Assembly: GCA_017634455.1 (NCBI GenBank)
Contig: JAGBNK010000017.1
Span: 59,625-123,624 of the forward strand
Source: Lachnospiraceae bacterium
Lineage (GTDB): Bacteria; Bacillota; Clostridia; Lachnospirales; Lachnospiraceae
DNA: 64,000 nt
Direction of reading: 5' to 3'
In this document: positions 1 through 8,790 of the stretch, piece by piece
How positions within the stretch are numbered: position 1 is the first letter of the stretch
Layout of the letters: every line of letters starts with the position of its first letter
The notes under the pieces: generated by a model
Seen by the model: only the letters and a program-made list of their open reading frames with translations
Database searches by the model: none
Told to the model about the DNA's origin: nothing
Program-made: the position numbers and the translations under genes

Positions 1-190
1 CATACTCTCCAGGATATATTCTGTCATATTCCGCCATAGTCATCTTCACTAATTTGCGCATGTCTTCTTCTTCCTGTTCAGACACAAACTTATATACTGT
101 TGTATATCCCACTACTCCTACAACAATCATAAGAACAGTAAAAGATAGAATTGTAATTAAGATAAATTTATTTTTTAAGCTATTTTTCAT
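1..190 (-). CDS. N-terminal part of a membrane-anchored protein of unknown function; the ORF runs off the left edge of the window
   Basis: Not in the ORF track because it is truncated. ATG at 190-188 with GGAGG a few nt upstream (complement of 195-199). It translates MKNSLKNKFILITILSFTVLMIVVGVVGYTT..., a basic N-terminus plus one hydrophobic helix. No stop before position 1. Confidence 0.4.
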   Translation of the reverse strand, partial: MKNSLKNKFILITILSFTVLMIVVGVVGYTTVYKFVSEQEEEDMRKLVKMTMAEYDRIYPGEY

Positions 191-206
191 ATTTCCTCCA
201 CAAATG

Positions 207-259
207 AGAAAAATCCCCTCATGATACAATCAATCATAGCAAAATTGTATCATAAAGGG
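207..259 (-). terminator. Rho-independent terminator after the P-type ATPase gene
   Basis: Arms 215-230 (CCCCTCATGATACAAT) and 244-259 (ATTGTATCATAAAGGG) pair. An A-run at 207-214 on the plus strand gives a U-tract on the minus transcript. Confidence 0.6.
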
Positions 260-299
260 ACTTATTTATAAATATTTCTCTTGTATTTATCTTGTAATT

Positions 300-2198
300 C
301 TATAGCCTTATTTTCAAAGCTCGAGTAGCATTTATGACAGCTAAAATCATAACACCCACATCTGCAAAAATTGCTAACCACATATTCGCCAAACCAAGAG
401 CTGCCAGCAATAGGCAAACCAATTTCACTCCTATGGCAAATACAATATTTTCCTTCACTATCTTCAAAGTCTTTCTAGATATCTTCATTGCAAGGGAAAT
501 CTTGGCAGGATTGTCATCCATCAGCACAATATCCGCAGCCTCAATTGCTGCATCACTGCCCATGGCTCCCATGGCAATTCCTATATCTGCCCTAGACAGA
601 ACCGGTGCATCATTGATTCCATCTCCCACAAAGGCCACCTTCTCCTGAGGTTCCTTGTGGTTTATAATCTTCTCCATGGCATCCACCTTATCACCTGGCA
701 ATAATTCAAAGTGAACTTCATCAATTCCCAGCTTAGATGCCACATTTCTAGCTACAGACTCTGAGTCACCTGTGAGCATAATATTACTCTTGATACCATT
801 GGCCTTCAATTGTTTCAGAGCTTTTTCTGCCTCTGATTTAATTACATCAGAGATAACAATACAACCTGCATATGTACCATTCTCTGATACATAGCATACT
901 GTTCCTTCTAGATGTTCACTGCTTATTACAATGCCAGCTGACTCCATGAGAAGCTTGTTGCCAACTGCTACCTCTGCACCAGATACCGAAGCCCTAACTC
1001 CCTGACCGGCAACAGCTTCAATACCAGACACACGAGTCTCATCCATGGATTCAATTCCAGCCTGGGTCATATAAGCATTTCTCAAACTTATGCTTATAGG
1101 ATGAGCTGATCCAATCTCAGCATATGAGGCCAGCTCCAGAAGTCTCTCTTCAGTAATATCACCTTCAGGATATATACCTGTCACCTCAAATACACCTTCA
1201 GTCAGAGTTCCTGTCTTGTCGAATACCATATACTTAGCATCTGCCAAAGCTTCCAAATAGTTAGAACCCTTTACCAGAATTCCATTGGATGAAGCGCATC
1301 CAATTCCTCCGAAGAAACTAAGAGGTATGGATATAACCAAAGCACAAGGACAACTTATTACAAGAAATGTCAAAGCTCTTATTATCCAGGTACCCCAGGT
1401 TGCCTCAAGGCCCATAATCAACTGAATCACAGGAGGCACAATGGCCAAAGCCAAAGCACTATAACACACAACAGGTGTATAATATCTGGCAAACCTGGTA
1501 ATAAAGTTCTCCGTCTTGGCCTTCTTCATGGCGGAGTTCTCAACCAAATCCAAAATCTTGGATACAGTGGATTCATCAAACTCCTTGGTGGTTCTAATCT
1601 CAATCTGACCTGTCATATTGATACAACCACTGATTATCTCGTCATCCACTCTCACATTTCTCGGCACAGACTCTCCTGTCAACGCACTGGTATCAAGAGT
1701 GGATTCTCCCACGCATACCACGCCATCAATAGGCACTTTTTCTCCAGGATTCACCACAATCACTGTTCCGATTTCCACATCATCAGGATCCACCTGCTCT
1801 ATCTGTCCATCTACTCGCACATTGGCATAATCAGGTCTTATATCCATAAGAGCTGCAATATTCTTGCGGCTCTTGCCAACTGCCATGGACTGGAATAGTT
1901 CTCCTATCTGATAAAACAGCATTACAGCTGCAGCCTCTGTAAATTCTCCCAGGGCAAATGCACCTACTGTTGCCACTGCCATAAGGAAGTTCTCATCAAA
2001 TACCTGCTTCTTCAAGATGCCCTTCCAGGCTTTCTTCAAGATATCATATCCGATAACAAGATATGGAATCAGATACAAGATACACAGAATCCATTTATTA
2101 AGCCGGAGACTATGGTCTACTACCACAATTCCTACAAGTAGCACCAATGAAATAATTATTCTGATTAGTACATTCTTCTGCTTCTTGTTCATAGGCAC
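300..2198 (-). CDS. cadA: Heavy-metal (Zn/Cd/Co-type) translocating P1B-type ATPase
   Basis: 632 aa with the CPC transmembrane metal motif (SCPCALVISIP), phosphorylation motif DKTGTLT and hinge GDGINDAP. It has no N-terminal HMA domain of its own. Confidence 0.92.
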   Translation of the reverse strand: MPMNKKQKNVLIRIIISLVLLVGIVVVDHSLRLNKWILCILYLIPYLVIGYDILKKAWKGILKKQVFDENFLMAVATVGAFALGEFTEAAAVMLFYQIGELFQSMAVGKSRKNIAALMDIRPDYANVRVDGQIEQVDPDDVEIGTVIVVNPGEKVPIDGVVCVGESTLDTSALTGESVPRNVRVDDEIISGCINMTGQIEIRTTKEFDESTVSKILDLVENSAMKKAKTENFITRFARYYTPVVCYSALALAIVPPVIQLIMGLEATWGTWIIRALTFLVISCPCALVISIPLSFFGGIGCASSNGILVKGSNYLEALADAKYMVFDKTGTLTEGVFEVTGIYPEGDITEERLLELASYAEIGSAHPISISLRNAYMTQAGIESMDETRVSGIEAVAGQGVRASVSGAEVAVGNKLLMESAGIVISSEHLEGTVCYVSENGTYAGCIVISDVIKSEAEKALKQLKANGIKSNIMLTGDSESVARNVASKLGIDEVHFELLPGDKVDAMEKIINHKEPQEKVAFVGDGINDAPVLSRADIGIAMGAMGSDAAIEAADIVLMDDNPAKISLAMKISRKTLKIVKENIVFAIGVKLVCLLLAALGLANMWLAIFADVGVMILAVINATRALKIRL

Positions 2199-2201
2199 CT
2201 C

Positions 2202-2420
2202 TTACAAAAAGATTTCGCAATCATCCTCTACTGTCTTGCAGTTCTTCAAAGCCTCAGACATTACAGCATCCACATCTGCTCCATCTTCAAATTCAACCTT
2301 CAACTTCAATGTCATAAAACTGATTGTAGCATTTGCTACTCCAGGAGTATTCTTCACTGCTTCCTCCATCTTGGCTGCACAGTTTGCGCAATCAACTTCA
2401 ATATCGTATGTCTTCTTCAT
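2202..2420 (-). CDS. Stand-alone heavy-metal-associated (HMA) domain protein
   Basis: 72 aa with a CxxC metal site (DCANCAAKMEEAV) in a ferredoxin-like HMA pattern. It ends 4 nt upstream of the ATPase start. Confidence 0.8.
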   Translation of the reverse strand: MKKTYDIEVDCANCAAKMEEAVKNTPGVANATISFMTLKLKVEFEDGADVDAVMSEALKNCKTVEDDCEIFL

Positions 2421-2432
2421 AATATGTTCCTC

Positions 2433-2792
2433 CTACTTGTTCTCTGATATATGTTCCATTCCAAGATTCAAGATCATCTTCACATGGTCATCGTCTAGGC
2501 TATAGAAAATAGTTTTGCCCTCACGCTTATATTTCACCAGCTTGGCATCCTTGAGAATTCTCAACTGATGGCTGACAGCTGACTGATTCATCTGCAACAT
2601 CTGCGCAATGTCAGTCACGCACATATTGTGATCCATCAAAGCGTATAATATTTTGATTCGGGAAGAATCACCAAAGACTCTAAACAGTTCCGATAAATCA
2701 ATCAATTCCTCTTCACCAGGCATATTTTCCATAACCTGTCTAACTTGATGTTCTTCCGCCGCCAAAAATTCAATGTTTTGTTCCATACACAT
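2433..2792 (-). CDS. ArsR/SmtB-family metal-responsive repressor (alpha5-site type)
   Basis: Winged-HTH signature (CVTDIAQMLQMNQSAVSHQLRILKDAKLV). The C-terminal DDDHVKMILNLGMEHISE fits the SmtB/CzrA alpha5 ligand pattern DxH-x10-H-x2-E. Confidence 0.85.
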   Translation of the reverse strand: MCMEQNIEFLAAEEHQVRQVMENMPGEEELIDLSELFRVFGDSSRIKILYALMDHNMCVTDIAQMLQMNQSAVSHQLRILKDAKLVKYKREGKTIFYSLDDDHVKMILNLGMEHISENK

Positions 2793-2819
2793 CCTCCCTA
2801 CGTCATCTGTACATATGTA

Positions 2820-2848
2820 ATTATATTCATATGTTCATTCATTGTCAA
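2820..2848 (-). promoter_or_regulatory. Consensus sigma-A-type promoter of the arsR-HMA-ATPase operon with embedded dyads
   Basis: The minus strand reads TTGACA (2848-2843), a 17-nt spacer, then TATAAT (2825-2820). The imperfect dyad TATTCA-TA-TGTTCA (2824-2837) fills the spacer and overlaps the -10. The 10-bp palindrome TACATATGTA (2810-2819) lies just downstream. Confidence 0.7.
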
Positions 2849-2976
2849 TAACTCTTCTCTTATTTTTCCGCATTCATTTTTCATTTTATTTCTCTATCAT
2901 TTTCATTTTTATCAAAGTAAAATAATGTATAATATGCAGGTAAATTGATTTATTTCACATAATCAGGAGAAACACT

Positions 2977-3771
2977 ATGAGTCTGGACAATGAAAAAGAA
3001 ATACAACAATTTCATAATAGATTATCAGAACTGGCCAATCGCAGCTACAACAGCAGTTGCTATACCTTCACAGAATTCTGCGGTATGCCTGAATTGGCTG
3101 AGTATTACAAGTTGGAGAAAGAATTGCATTTCGCAGGTGTAAAGATTTACGGTGGATATGAAATGGCAGACAGATGTATCATCCGTTTCGGAAGCGAAGA
3201 GGAATTTGGTTATACCCAAAACTTCCCAATCCAGTGTGTGCAGGCCTCTCCCCTTATTGAGAAATTTGCAGACAATCTGACTCATAGAGATTTCCTTGGT
3301 GCCCTTATGAATCTGGGAATTAATCGAAATACCATTGGGGATATTAAAGTATGCGGCAATCGCGCCTACATATTCTGTCTGGAAAATATTTCCGAATATA
3401 TAATAGAGAATCTAAATCGCATAAAACATACTACTGTAAAATGCGATTTGATAGATATATATGACTCAGTTGCTTACGAGAAAATGTTGGGAGACTTCGG
3501 TGTTGATAATCCCGACTCCAAGACTATACAGGTTATGTCTCTCAGAGCTGACGCCGTCATTTCCAAAGTATATAACCTGTCAAGAAGTGCTTCAATAGAT
3601 TTGTTCAGAGGGCAAAATGTATTTATAAACGGTAGATTAGCGGAGAACAATGCCCAGTCCGTAAAAGTCGGCGACACCATAAATGTCAGAGGTTTCGGTA
3701 AATGCAAAATTGCCAGCGACCCAAGCGAAACTCGCAAGGGTAAACTGGCAATTACAATTCTAATTTGGTAA
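2977..3771 (+). CDS. YlmH-like RNA-binding protein with a C-terminal S4 domain
   Basis: 264 aa. AGGAG RBS before the ATG. The C-terminal RADAVISKVYNLSRSASIDLFRGQNVFINGR fits an S4 domain, and overall length and pattern resemble YlmH-family proteins. Confidence 0.65.
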   Translation: MSLDNEKEIQQFHNRLSELANRSYNSSCYTFTEFCGMPELAEYYKLEKELHFAGVKIYGGYEMADRCIIRFGSEEEFGYTQNFPIQCVQASPLIEKFADNLTHRDFLGALMNLGINRNTIGDIKVCGNRAYIFCLENISEYIIENLNRIKHTTVKCDLIDIYDSVAYEKMLGDFGVDNPDSKTIQVMSLRADAVISKVYNLSRSASIDLFRGQNVFINGRLAENNAQSVKVGDTINVRGFGKCKIASDPSETRKGKLAITILIW

Positions 3772-4203
3772 TTATAAAGTCTCCATAATTCTATGTAAAA
3801 TAATATGAAGCTCCATGGCATCATCTGGTGATATGTTTAAGCAGCCTCCCATTTTGGCTGGAATATCCACAGCTTTGTCTTTCAAAGCCTTGCCGGATGG
3901 GGTCAATGTCACAATAAGATTTCTCTCATCTTCTTTGGATCTGGTTCTCTCAATTAAGCCCTTCTTCTCCAGAGTTTTCAAAACAGGAGTCAATGTGCCG
4001 GAATCCAGAAACAATTTCTTGCCCATCTCTTTGACACTTACCTTTTCGTCTTCCCAAACCACCATCATGACGATATATTGTGTGTAGGTCAAGTCAACCT
4101 CATCCAAAAAAGGTTTGTACTTACGAACAATTTCTTTTGAAACCGCGTAAAGCGGAAAGCATAACTGATTATCCAATTTTAGACATTGATATTTATCTGC
4201 CAT
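3772..4203 (-). CDS. MarR-family regulator, OhrR-like (single N-terminal Cys)
   Basis: 143 aa. LDNQLCFPLYAVSKEIVRKYKPFLDEVDLTYTQYIVMMVVWE matches the OhrR-type N-terminus with the sensing Cys. It lies directly downstream of the peroxidase gene. Confidence 0.85.
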   Translation of the reverse strand: MADKYQCLKLDNQLCFPLYAVSKEIVRKYKPFLDEVDLTYTQYIVMMVVWEDEKVSVKEMGKKLFLDSGTLTPVLKTLEKKGLIERTRSKEDERNLIVTLTPSGKALKDKAVDIPAKMGGCLNISPDDAMELHIILHRIMETL

Positions 4204-4212
4204 AATTCATTC

Positions 4213-4752
4213 CTACAATAATGCAACAATCGCTTCTCTTACTTCCTTCATGTCCTTTGTAGGCTCGAAGCGCGCTACAATATTTCCTTCCTTATCAACT
4301 AAGAACTTTGTAAAGTTCCATTTAATATTACCATTATTCTTGTAATCTTTGTCCATTTTCTTAACGATTGGAGAAAGCATAAGCTTTGCTGGGCCGTCAA
4401 ATCCTTCGAACTTGGTATTTGAAGTAATATACTTCCAAAGTGGATCTGCATTTTCACCGTTTACATCAATCTTGGCAAACTGTGGAAATGTAATTCCAAA
4501 ACGTCCTGTACAAAAAGTATGAATCTCATCATCTGTTCCAGGAGCCTGATCAGCAAACTGATTGCAAGGGAAATCTAAAATATCAAATCCCTTATCCTTG
4601 AGCTCATCATATATTTCCTGCAAATCCTTATACTGTGGTGTGAATCCACATCCTGTTGCAGTATTAACAACCAATGTAACCTTTCCTCTATACTGAGAGA
4701 GATCTACATCGCTTCCATCCATAGCCTTTACTGTGAAATCATAAATATTCAT
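4213..4752 (-). CDS. Glutathione peroxidase-family thiol peroxidase
   Basis: TATGCGFTPQY active-site region and the FPCNQFADQAPG motif. I prefer the ATG at 4752 because AGGAGG lies 7 nt upstream; the track ORF starts at 4758. Confidence 0.9.
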   Translation of the reverse strand: MNIYDFTVKAMDGSDVDLSQYRGKVTLVVNTATGCGFTPQYKDLQEIYDELKDKGFDILDFPCNQFADQAPGTDDEIHTFCTGRFGITFPQFAKIDVNGENADPLWKYITSNTKFEGFDGPAKLMLSPIVKKMDKDYKNNGNIKWNFTKFLVDKEGNIVARFEPTKDMKEVREAIVALL

Positions 4753-4802
4753 ATACATACCTCCTATTCGTTTGAACGAAATTAAATTGTGTACAACTTG
4801 TT

Positions 4803-4840
4803 TATAATTGAATTGTACACAATCTATTTTGATATGTCAA
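4803..4840 (-). promoter_or_regulatory. Promoter of the peroxidase/OhrR operon with overlapping OhrR-type dyads
   Basis: The minus strand reads TTGACA (4840-4835), a 17-nt spacer, then TACAAT (4817-4812). The dyad TACAATT-c-AATTaTA (4817-4803, minus) overlaps the -10. A second element, AATTGTGTACAA (4785-4796), is the reverse complement of 4812-4823 and lies in the leader. Confidence 0.6.
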
Positions 4841-4924
4841 CATTTAATTTTTAAATTTATATTTCAGTTTATTTCAGGCCTTATTCTATATTCAGAATTC
4901 ATTCTATAATTAGACTATATTTCT

Positions 4925-5518
4925 TTATTTTAGCTTAGTCCATACCTGTCCATCATATTCGAAAATGGAAGCCTCACAATTATTTTGCAGACCATCTCCC
5001 CAGAAATGTTCTACATCATTATTTTCAAGATAACACATAAGACCTTTGTTCATGGCTCCATGAGCTACAATCATCACTCTCTCAGCCTGTCCATATAGAG
5101 GTTCAATAACCTGCTGGAGAAATTCTCGTCCTCTGGCCTGAACCTCCTCAATTGTCTCACCATCCTGTGGTGGTATGTACTTATGAGGTTCCGTAAAGAA
5201 AGCCCGCTGAGGATTATCCTCCCTCATCCAGGTCTCGTAATCCATTCCCTCTGACACTCCAAAGGAAATCTCTCGAATTCGCTCATCTCTTGTAATTGGC
5301 ACATTCTGTCTGCCACGAATGAGGCAGGCTGTCTCGTATGCTCTTATTAGGGGTGAGGAAAATATTTCATCGAAAGTCACACCCTCTTGTTCTAATTTGT
5401 CTCCTAAATCGATGGCTACCTGTCTACCATTTTCATTTAATTGAATATCTGTCAGACCTTGTAGTTTTCTGACTTTATTCCAGTCTGTCTGACCATGTCT
5501 TACAATATAGAGTTGCAT
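4925..5518 (-). CDS. Histidine phosphatase (phosphoglycerate mutase-like) family protein
   Basis: RHGQTDWN catalytic motif at the N-terminus and a conserved AHGA region. Confidence 0.85.
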   Translation of the reverse strand: MQLYIVRHGQTDWNKVRKLQGLTDIQLNENGRQVAIDLGDKLEQEGVTFDEIFSSPLIRAYETACLIRGRQNVPITRDERIREISFGVSEGMDYETWMREDNPQRAFFTEPHKYIPPQDGETIEEVQARGREFLQQVIEPLYGQAERVMIVAHGAMNKGLMCYLENNDVEHFWGDGLQNNCEASIFEYDGQVWTKLK

Positions 5519-5579
5519 AATATATTCCTATCTTTCCAGTTAGTATATTTTATTGCCCCCAATATATACATCAATATAG

Positions 5580-6755
5580 TTAATACATACGCATCTTCAG
5601 AATCACCCATCTCGCAATGTGATAGACAGGTCCTTCCAAAGACTTTCTAACATTTTTCAGCTCTTTCCTAATCTCAATATGCTGAGGACAATGCTTCTCA
5701 CATTTTCCACAGCCTATACACTTGCTGGCACAAGTCGCATCAGCTCTAAGTGCAGTTGTCATGAGATACTCCTTCTCAGCTGCTATATAACCCTCGCTGT
5801 ACTTGCGATTATATGCAGCAAAACTTCCAGGTATATCCACGCCCTGAGGACATGGCATACAATATCTACACCCTGTACAGCCTACCTTGGTACGCTTATT
5901 AATCTCCAAGAGAACTCGATTTATCATCTTCAGATCTGCATCACTTAATCTTCCAGGTTCAACCTCCGAAGCAGTCTGCACATTTTCCTCAACCATCTCC
6001 AGAGAGTTCATACCAGACAAGACACAGGTCACTTCAGGCTGATTCCACAACCAGCTAAATGCCCATGCTGGAGCAGTCTTTTGTACAGGATATTCCGACA
6101 TAATTTTGGCAGCTGACTCAGGTATGTTGGCAAGCTTACCACCTCTGAGGGGTTCCATTATGACTACAGGAATTCCTTTGGATGCAGCATATTGCAAACC
6201 TGTGCGACCTGCCTGAGAATGCTCATCCATGTAATTATATTGAATCTGGCAGAAGTCCCAGTCATAAGCATCAATAAGCTTAATAAACATATCGGAGTTG
6301 CCATGATAAGAGAAACCAATCTGTTTAATAGCTCCACTGGCTTTCTTCTCAGCAATCCACTCCTTTATACCCAGATCAACCATACGATTCCAGGTAGCGA
6401 TATCGGTAAGCATATGCATAAGATAATAATCCACGTAATCTGTCTGAAGCCTGGTGAGCTGCTCTGTAAAATATTCTTCTATGCTATCTGACTTCTTCAC
6501 CAGATAATGTGGCAACTTGGTTGCAATATTTACCTTTTTGCGGATATTATTTCTGGCAAGAATCTCGCCTAATGCCACCTCACTACCGTTGTAAATATAA
6601 GCCGTATCATAATAATTTACCCCAGCATTGTAGGCAGCCATGATTTCCTTCTCCGCTTTGTCCAAATCAATCTTGCCCCCTGACTGGGTAAATCTCATAC
6701 AACCAAATCCAAGTGCTGATATCTTATTTCCATATTTATCTAATCTATATTGCAT
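5580..6755 (-). CDS. Aldo/keto reductase fused to a C-terminal 4Fe-4S ferredoxin-like domain
   Basis: AKR N-terminal pattern (GFGCMRF, YYDTAYIY), then CTGCRYCMPCP and CIGCGKCEKHCP cysteine clusters. Confidence 0.85.
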   Translation of the reverse strand: MQYRLDKYGNKISALGFGCMRFTQSGGKIDLDKAEKEIMAAYNAGVNYYDTAYIYNGSEVALGEILARNNIRKKVNIATKLPHYLVKKSDSIEEYFTEQLTRLQTDYVDYYLMHMLTDIATWNRMVDLGIKEWIAEKKASGAIKQIGFSYHGNSDMFIKLIDAYDWDFCQIQYNYMDEHSQAGRTGLQYAASKGIPVVIMEPLRGGKLANIPESAAKIMSEYPVQKTAPAWAFSWLWNQPEVTCVLSGMNSLEMVEENVQTASEVEPGRLSDADLKMINRVLLEINKRTKVGCTGCRYCMPCPQGVDIPGSFAAYNRKYSEGYIAAEKEYLMTTALRADATCASKCIGCGKCEKHCPQHIEIRKELKNVRKSLEGPVYHIARWVILKMRMY

Positions 6756-6765
6756 ATAACCACCA

Positions 6766-6996
6766 TTACATCTGTAAATCCTTCAAAGAATTCATCAAAT
6801 CCAAATCTGACTGCAACGCTTTGAAGTTTGTTGTTATCGGTTCCTCTCCTGGCTTGGTTACAGTAATTTCAAATACTGTACCCTCCTCAACAGGTCTTGA
6901 AAATACCACTTTGATAAACTGAACAAACTTTGGATGATTTCTCTCGAAAGTATTCTTGGCATTTATCATTTTGGCCATTGTTGCTGGATTAATCAT
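6766..6996 (-). CDS. Small hypothetical protein (76 aa)
   Basis: AGGAGG lies 5 nt before the ATG. It is tightly packed between the two AKR genes (gaps of about 10 nt). I recognise no motif. Confidence 0.55.
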   Translation of the reverse strand: MINPATMAKMINAKNTFERNHPKFVQFIKVVFSRPVEEGTVFEITVTKPGEEPITTNFKALQSDLDLMNSLKDLQM

Positions 6997-7005
6997 ATTG
7001 TCCTC

Positions 7006-8034
7006 CTACTTCACACTAACCTCACCGGCTAGTACTCGCTTATAATCTTCATAATTCTTCTTCAACAAGTTTGGTGTATCCAACTGATATGGGCACTTGC
7101 TCTTACAAGCGCCGCAATTTAAGCACCCCTCAATCTTGCGCATTTCCTCCTGCATAGGTTCTGCCAGCCATGCATCCGAAGGAGCTCTACGAAGCATCAG
7201 AGATATTCTGGCGCACTGGTGAATCATAATCCCCGCAGGACATGGTTCGCAGTAACCGCATCCTCTACAGAATTCTCCTACTAACTCCTCTCTCTCCTGC
7301 TGGATAAATGATTCTATCTCTTCATTCATTGACACAGGATTGTCCATAAATGTCAACCAGTCCTGAAGCTCCGTCATTTTCTGAACACCCCAGATAGGAA
7401 TCACATTGTCGAACTGTGACATGAAAGCCATACAAGCCTGTGGATTATTCAGAAGCCCTCCTGCCAATCCCTTCATGGCAATGAAGCCCATGTTGTGTTC
7501 CTTGCAAGCCTGAACCAATGCAATTTCTTTATCTGATGAAATATATGAGAAAGGATACTGCAAAGTCTCATACAGACCTGACTCAATGGCTTCCTGAGCC
7601 ACACCTAATCTATGGGTTGTAATACCAATATGTCTGATTTTGCCTGCTGCCTTGGCTTCAAGCATGGCCTCATACATACCCGTTCCATCTCCAGGTTTAT
7701 ATACCATTTCTGCCTGATGGAACTGATAGATATCCACATGATCTGTCTTCATATTAGTAAGGGATGTCTCCAAATCTTTCCAGAATCCCTCTACATTTTT
7801 GGCAGCGGTCTTGGTAGCTATATATATATCATCTCTAATATCTGATATTGCATATCCAATCTTCTCTTCACTATCACTATACGCTCTAGCTGTATCAAAG
7901 AATCTCATGCCACCATCATATGCAGCTCGAAGGATTTCTTTTGCTGTATCAAAATCCACTCGCTGAACAGGAAGAGCTCCAAAACCATTCTGTGGCACAG
8001 CAATTCCTGTGCTTCCCAAAGTTATCTGTTGCAT
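7006..8034 (-). CDS. Aldo/keto reductase with a C-terminal 4Fe-4S cluster domain (paralogue of 5580-6755)
   Basis: AKR pattern (FFDTARAYSDSE) plus CRGCGYCEPCP and CLNCGACKSKCP. Confidence 0.85.
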   Translation of the reverse strand: MQQITLGSTGIAVPQNGFGALPVQRVDFDTAKEILRAAYDGGMRFFDTARAYSDSEEKIGYAISDIRDDIYIATKTAAKNVEGFWKDLETSLTNMKTDHVDIYQFHQAEMVYKPGDGTGMYEAMLEAKAAGKIRHIGITTHRLGVAQEAIESGLYETLQYPFSYISSDKEIALVQACKEHNMGFIAMKGLAGGLLNNPQACMAFMSQFDNVIPIWGVQKMTELQDWLTFMDNPVSMNEEIESFIQQEREELVGEFCRGCGYCEPCPAGIMIHQCARISLMLRRAPSDAWLAEPMQEEMRKIEGCLNCGACKSKCPYQLDTPNLLKKNYEDYKRVLAGEVSVK

Positions 8035-8131
8035 CTAATCATCCTTTCTTATAAATACTTAAATCAACAAATCCCATACTTCAATATATATCCACAACTA
8101 ATATATACCTATTTATTAACATATCTATATC

Positions 8132-8686
8132 TTATTTATAGATTCCGTTAATTGTAACTGTAAATACTGCATCTGCTCCTGACAATACCATCTTATTGCC
8201 CTCAGCATCTGCTGAATCTCTATATCCTTCTGGGAAGGTTACCTTAACATCCACTATATCTCCCACATGAGCACCAACTAACTGCTCTTCGAATCCCGGG
8301 ATAAATGTTCCCGAACCGATTTCCAGGTCATAATCACCTGTACCACCCTGGAATTCAACTCCATCTACAGATCCCACATAATGAATATTTACTGTATCTC
8401 CATCTGCTACCTCAAGGGAAGTATCAGTATTGAGAGTTGTTGATGCAGCACTTGAAGATGCTGTATCATCTGATACCGATGTAGATGCATCAGTTGATGA
8501 TTGCTGTGTAGCCTCATTAGCTGAATTATTGTGCTTGCTGTCATACACTCCATATCCTACAAGTCCCACAACAGCTGCCACTATGACAGCAATAATTGCG
8601 ATTCTTCTAAGCAATGCTTCTCTTTCCTTTTTCTTTCTCTCTGCCGCTCTTCTCTCCTGAGCTTCTCTTTTGTTCTCCATCTTCAT
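8132..8686 (-). CDS. Membrane-anchored FKBP-type peptidyl-prolyl isomerase
   Basis: Charged N-terminus, one TM helix ([19 protein letters not shown]) and a Ser/Thr-rich linker. An FKBP core follows ([17 protein letters not shown]...[11 protein letters not shown]). Confidence 0.8.
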   Translation of the reverse strand: MKMENKREAQERRAAERKKKEREALLRRIAIIAVIVAAVVGLVGYGVYDSKHNNSANEATQQSSTDASTSVSDDTASSSAASTTLNTDTSLEVADGDTVNIHYVGSVDGVEFQGGTGDYDLEIGSGTFIPGFEEQLVGAHVGDIVDVKVTFPEGYRDSADAEGNKMVLSGADAVFTVTINGIYK

Positions 8687-8790
8687 GATCTAGTATCCTC
8701 TTTTCTCTTTTTTCATCTATTATAATTAACCACTTATAGCACAAATCATTTCACAAAGCAGCCGCTGTATCCCTCTATGTTACAGGTCAT

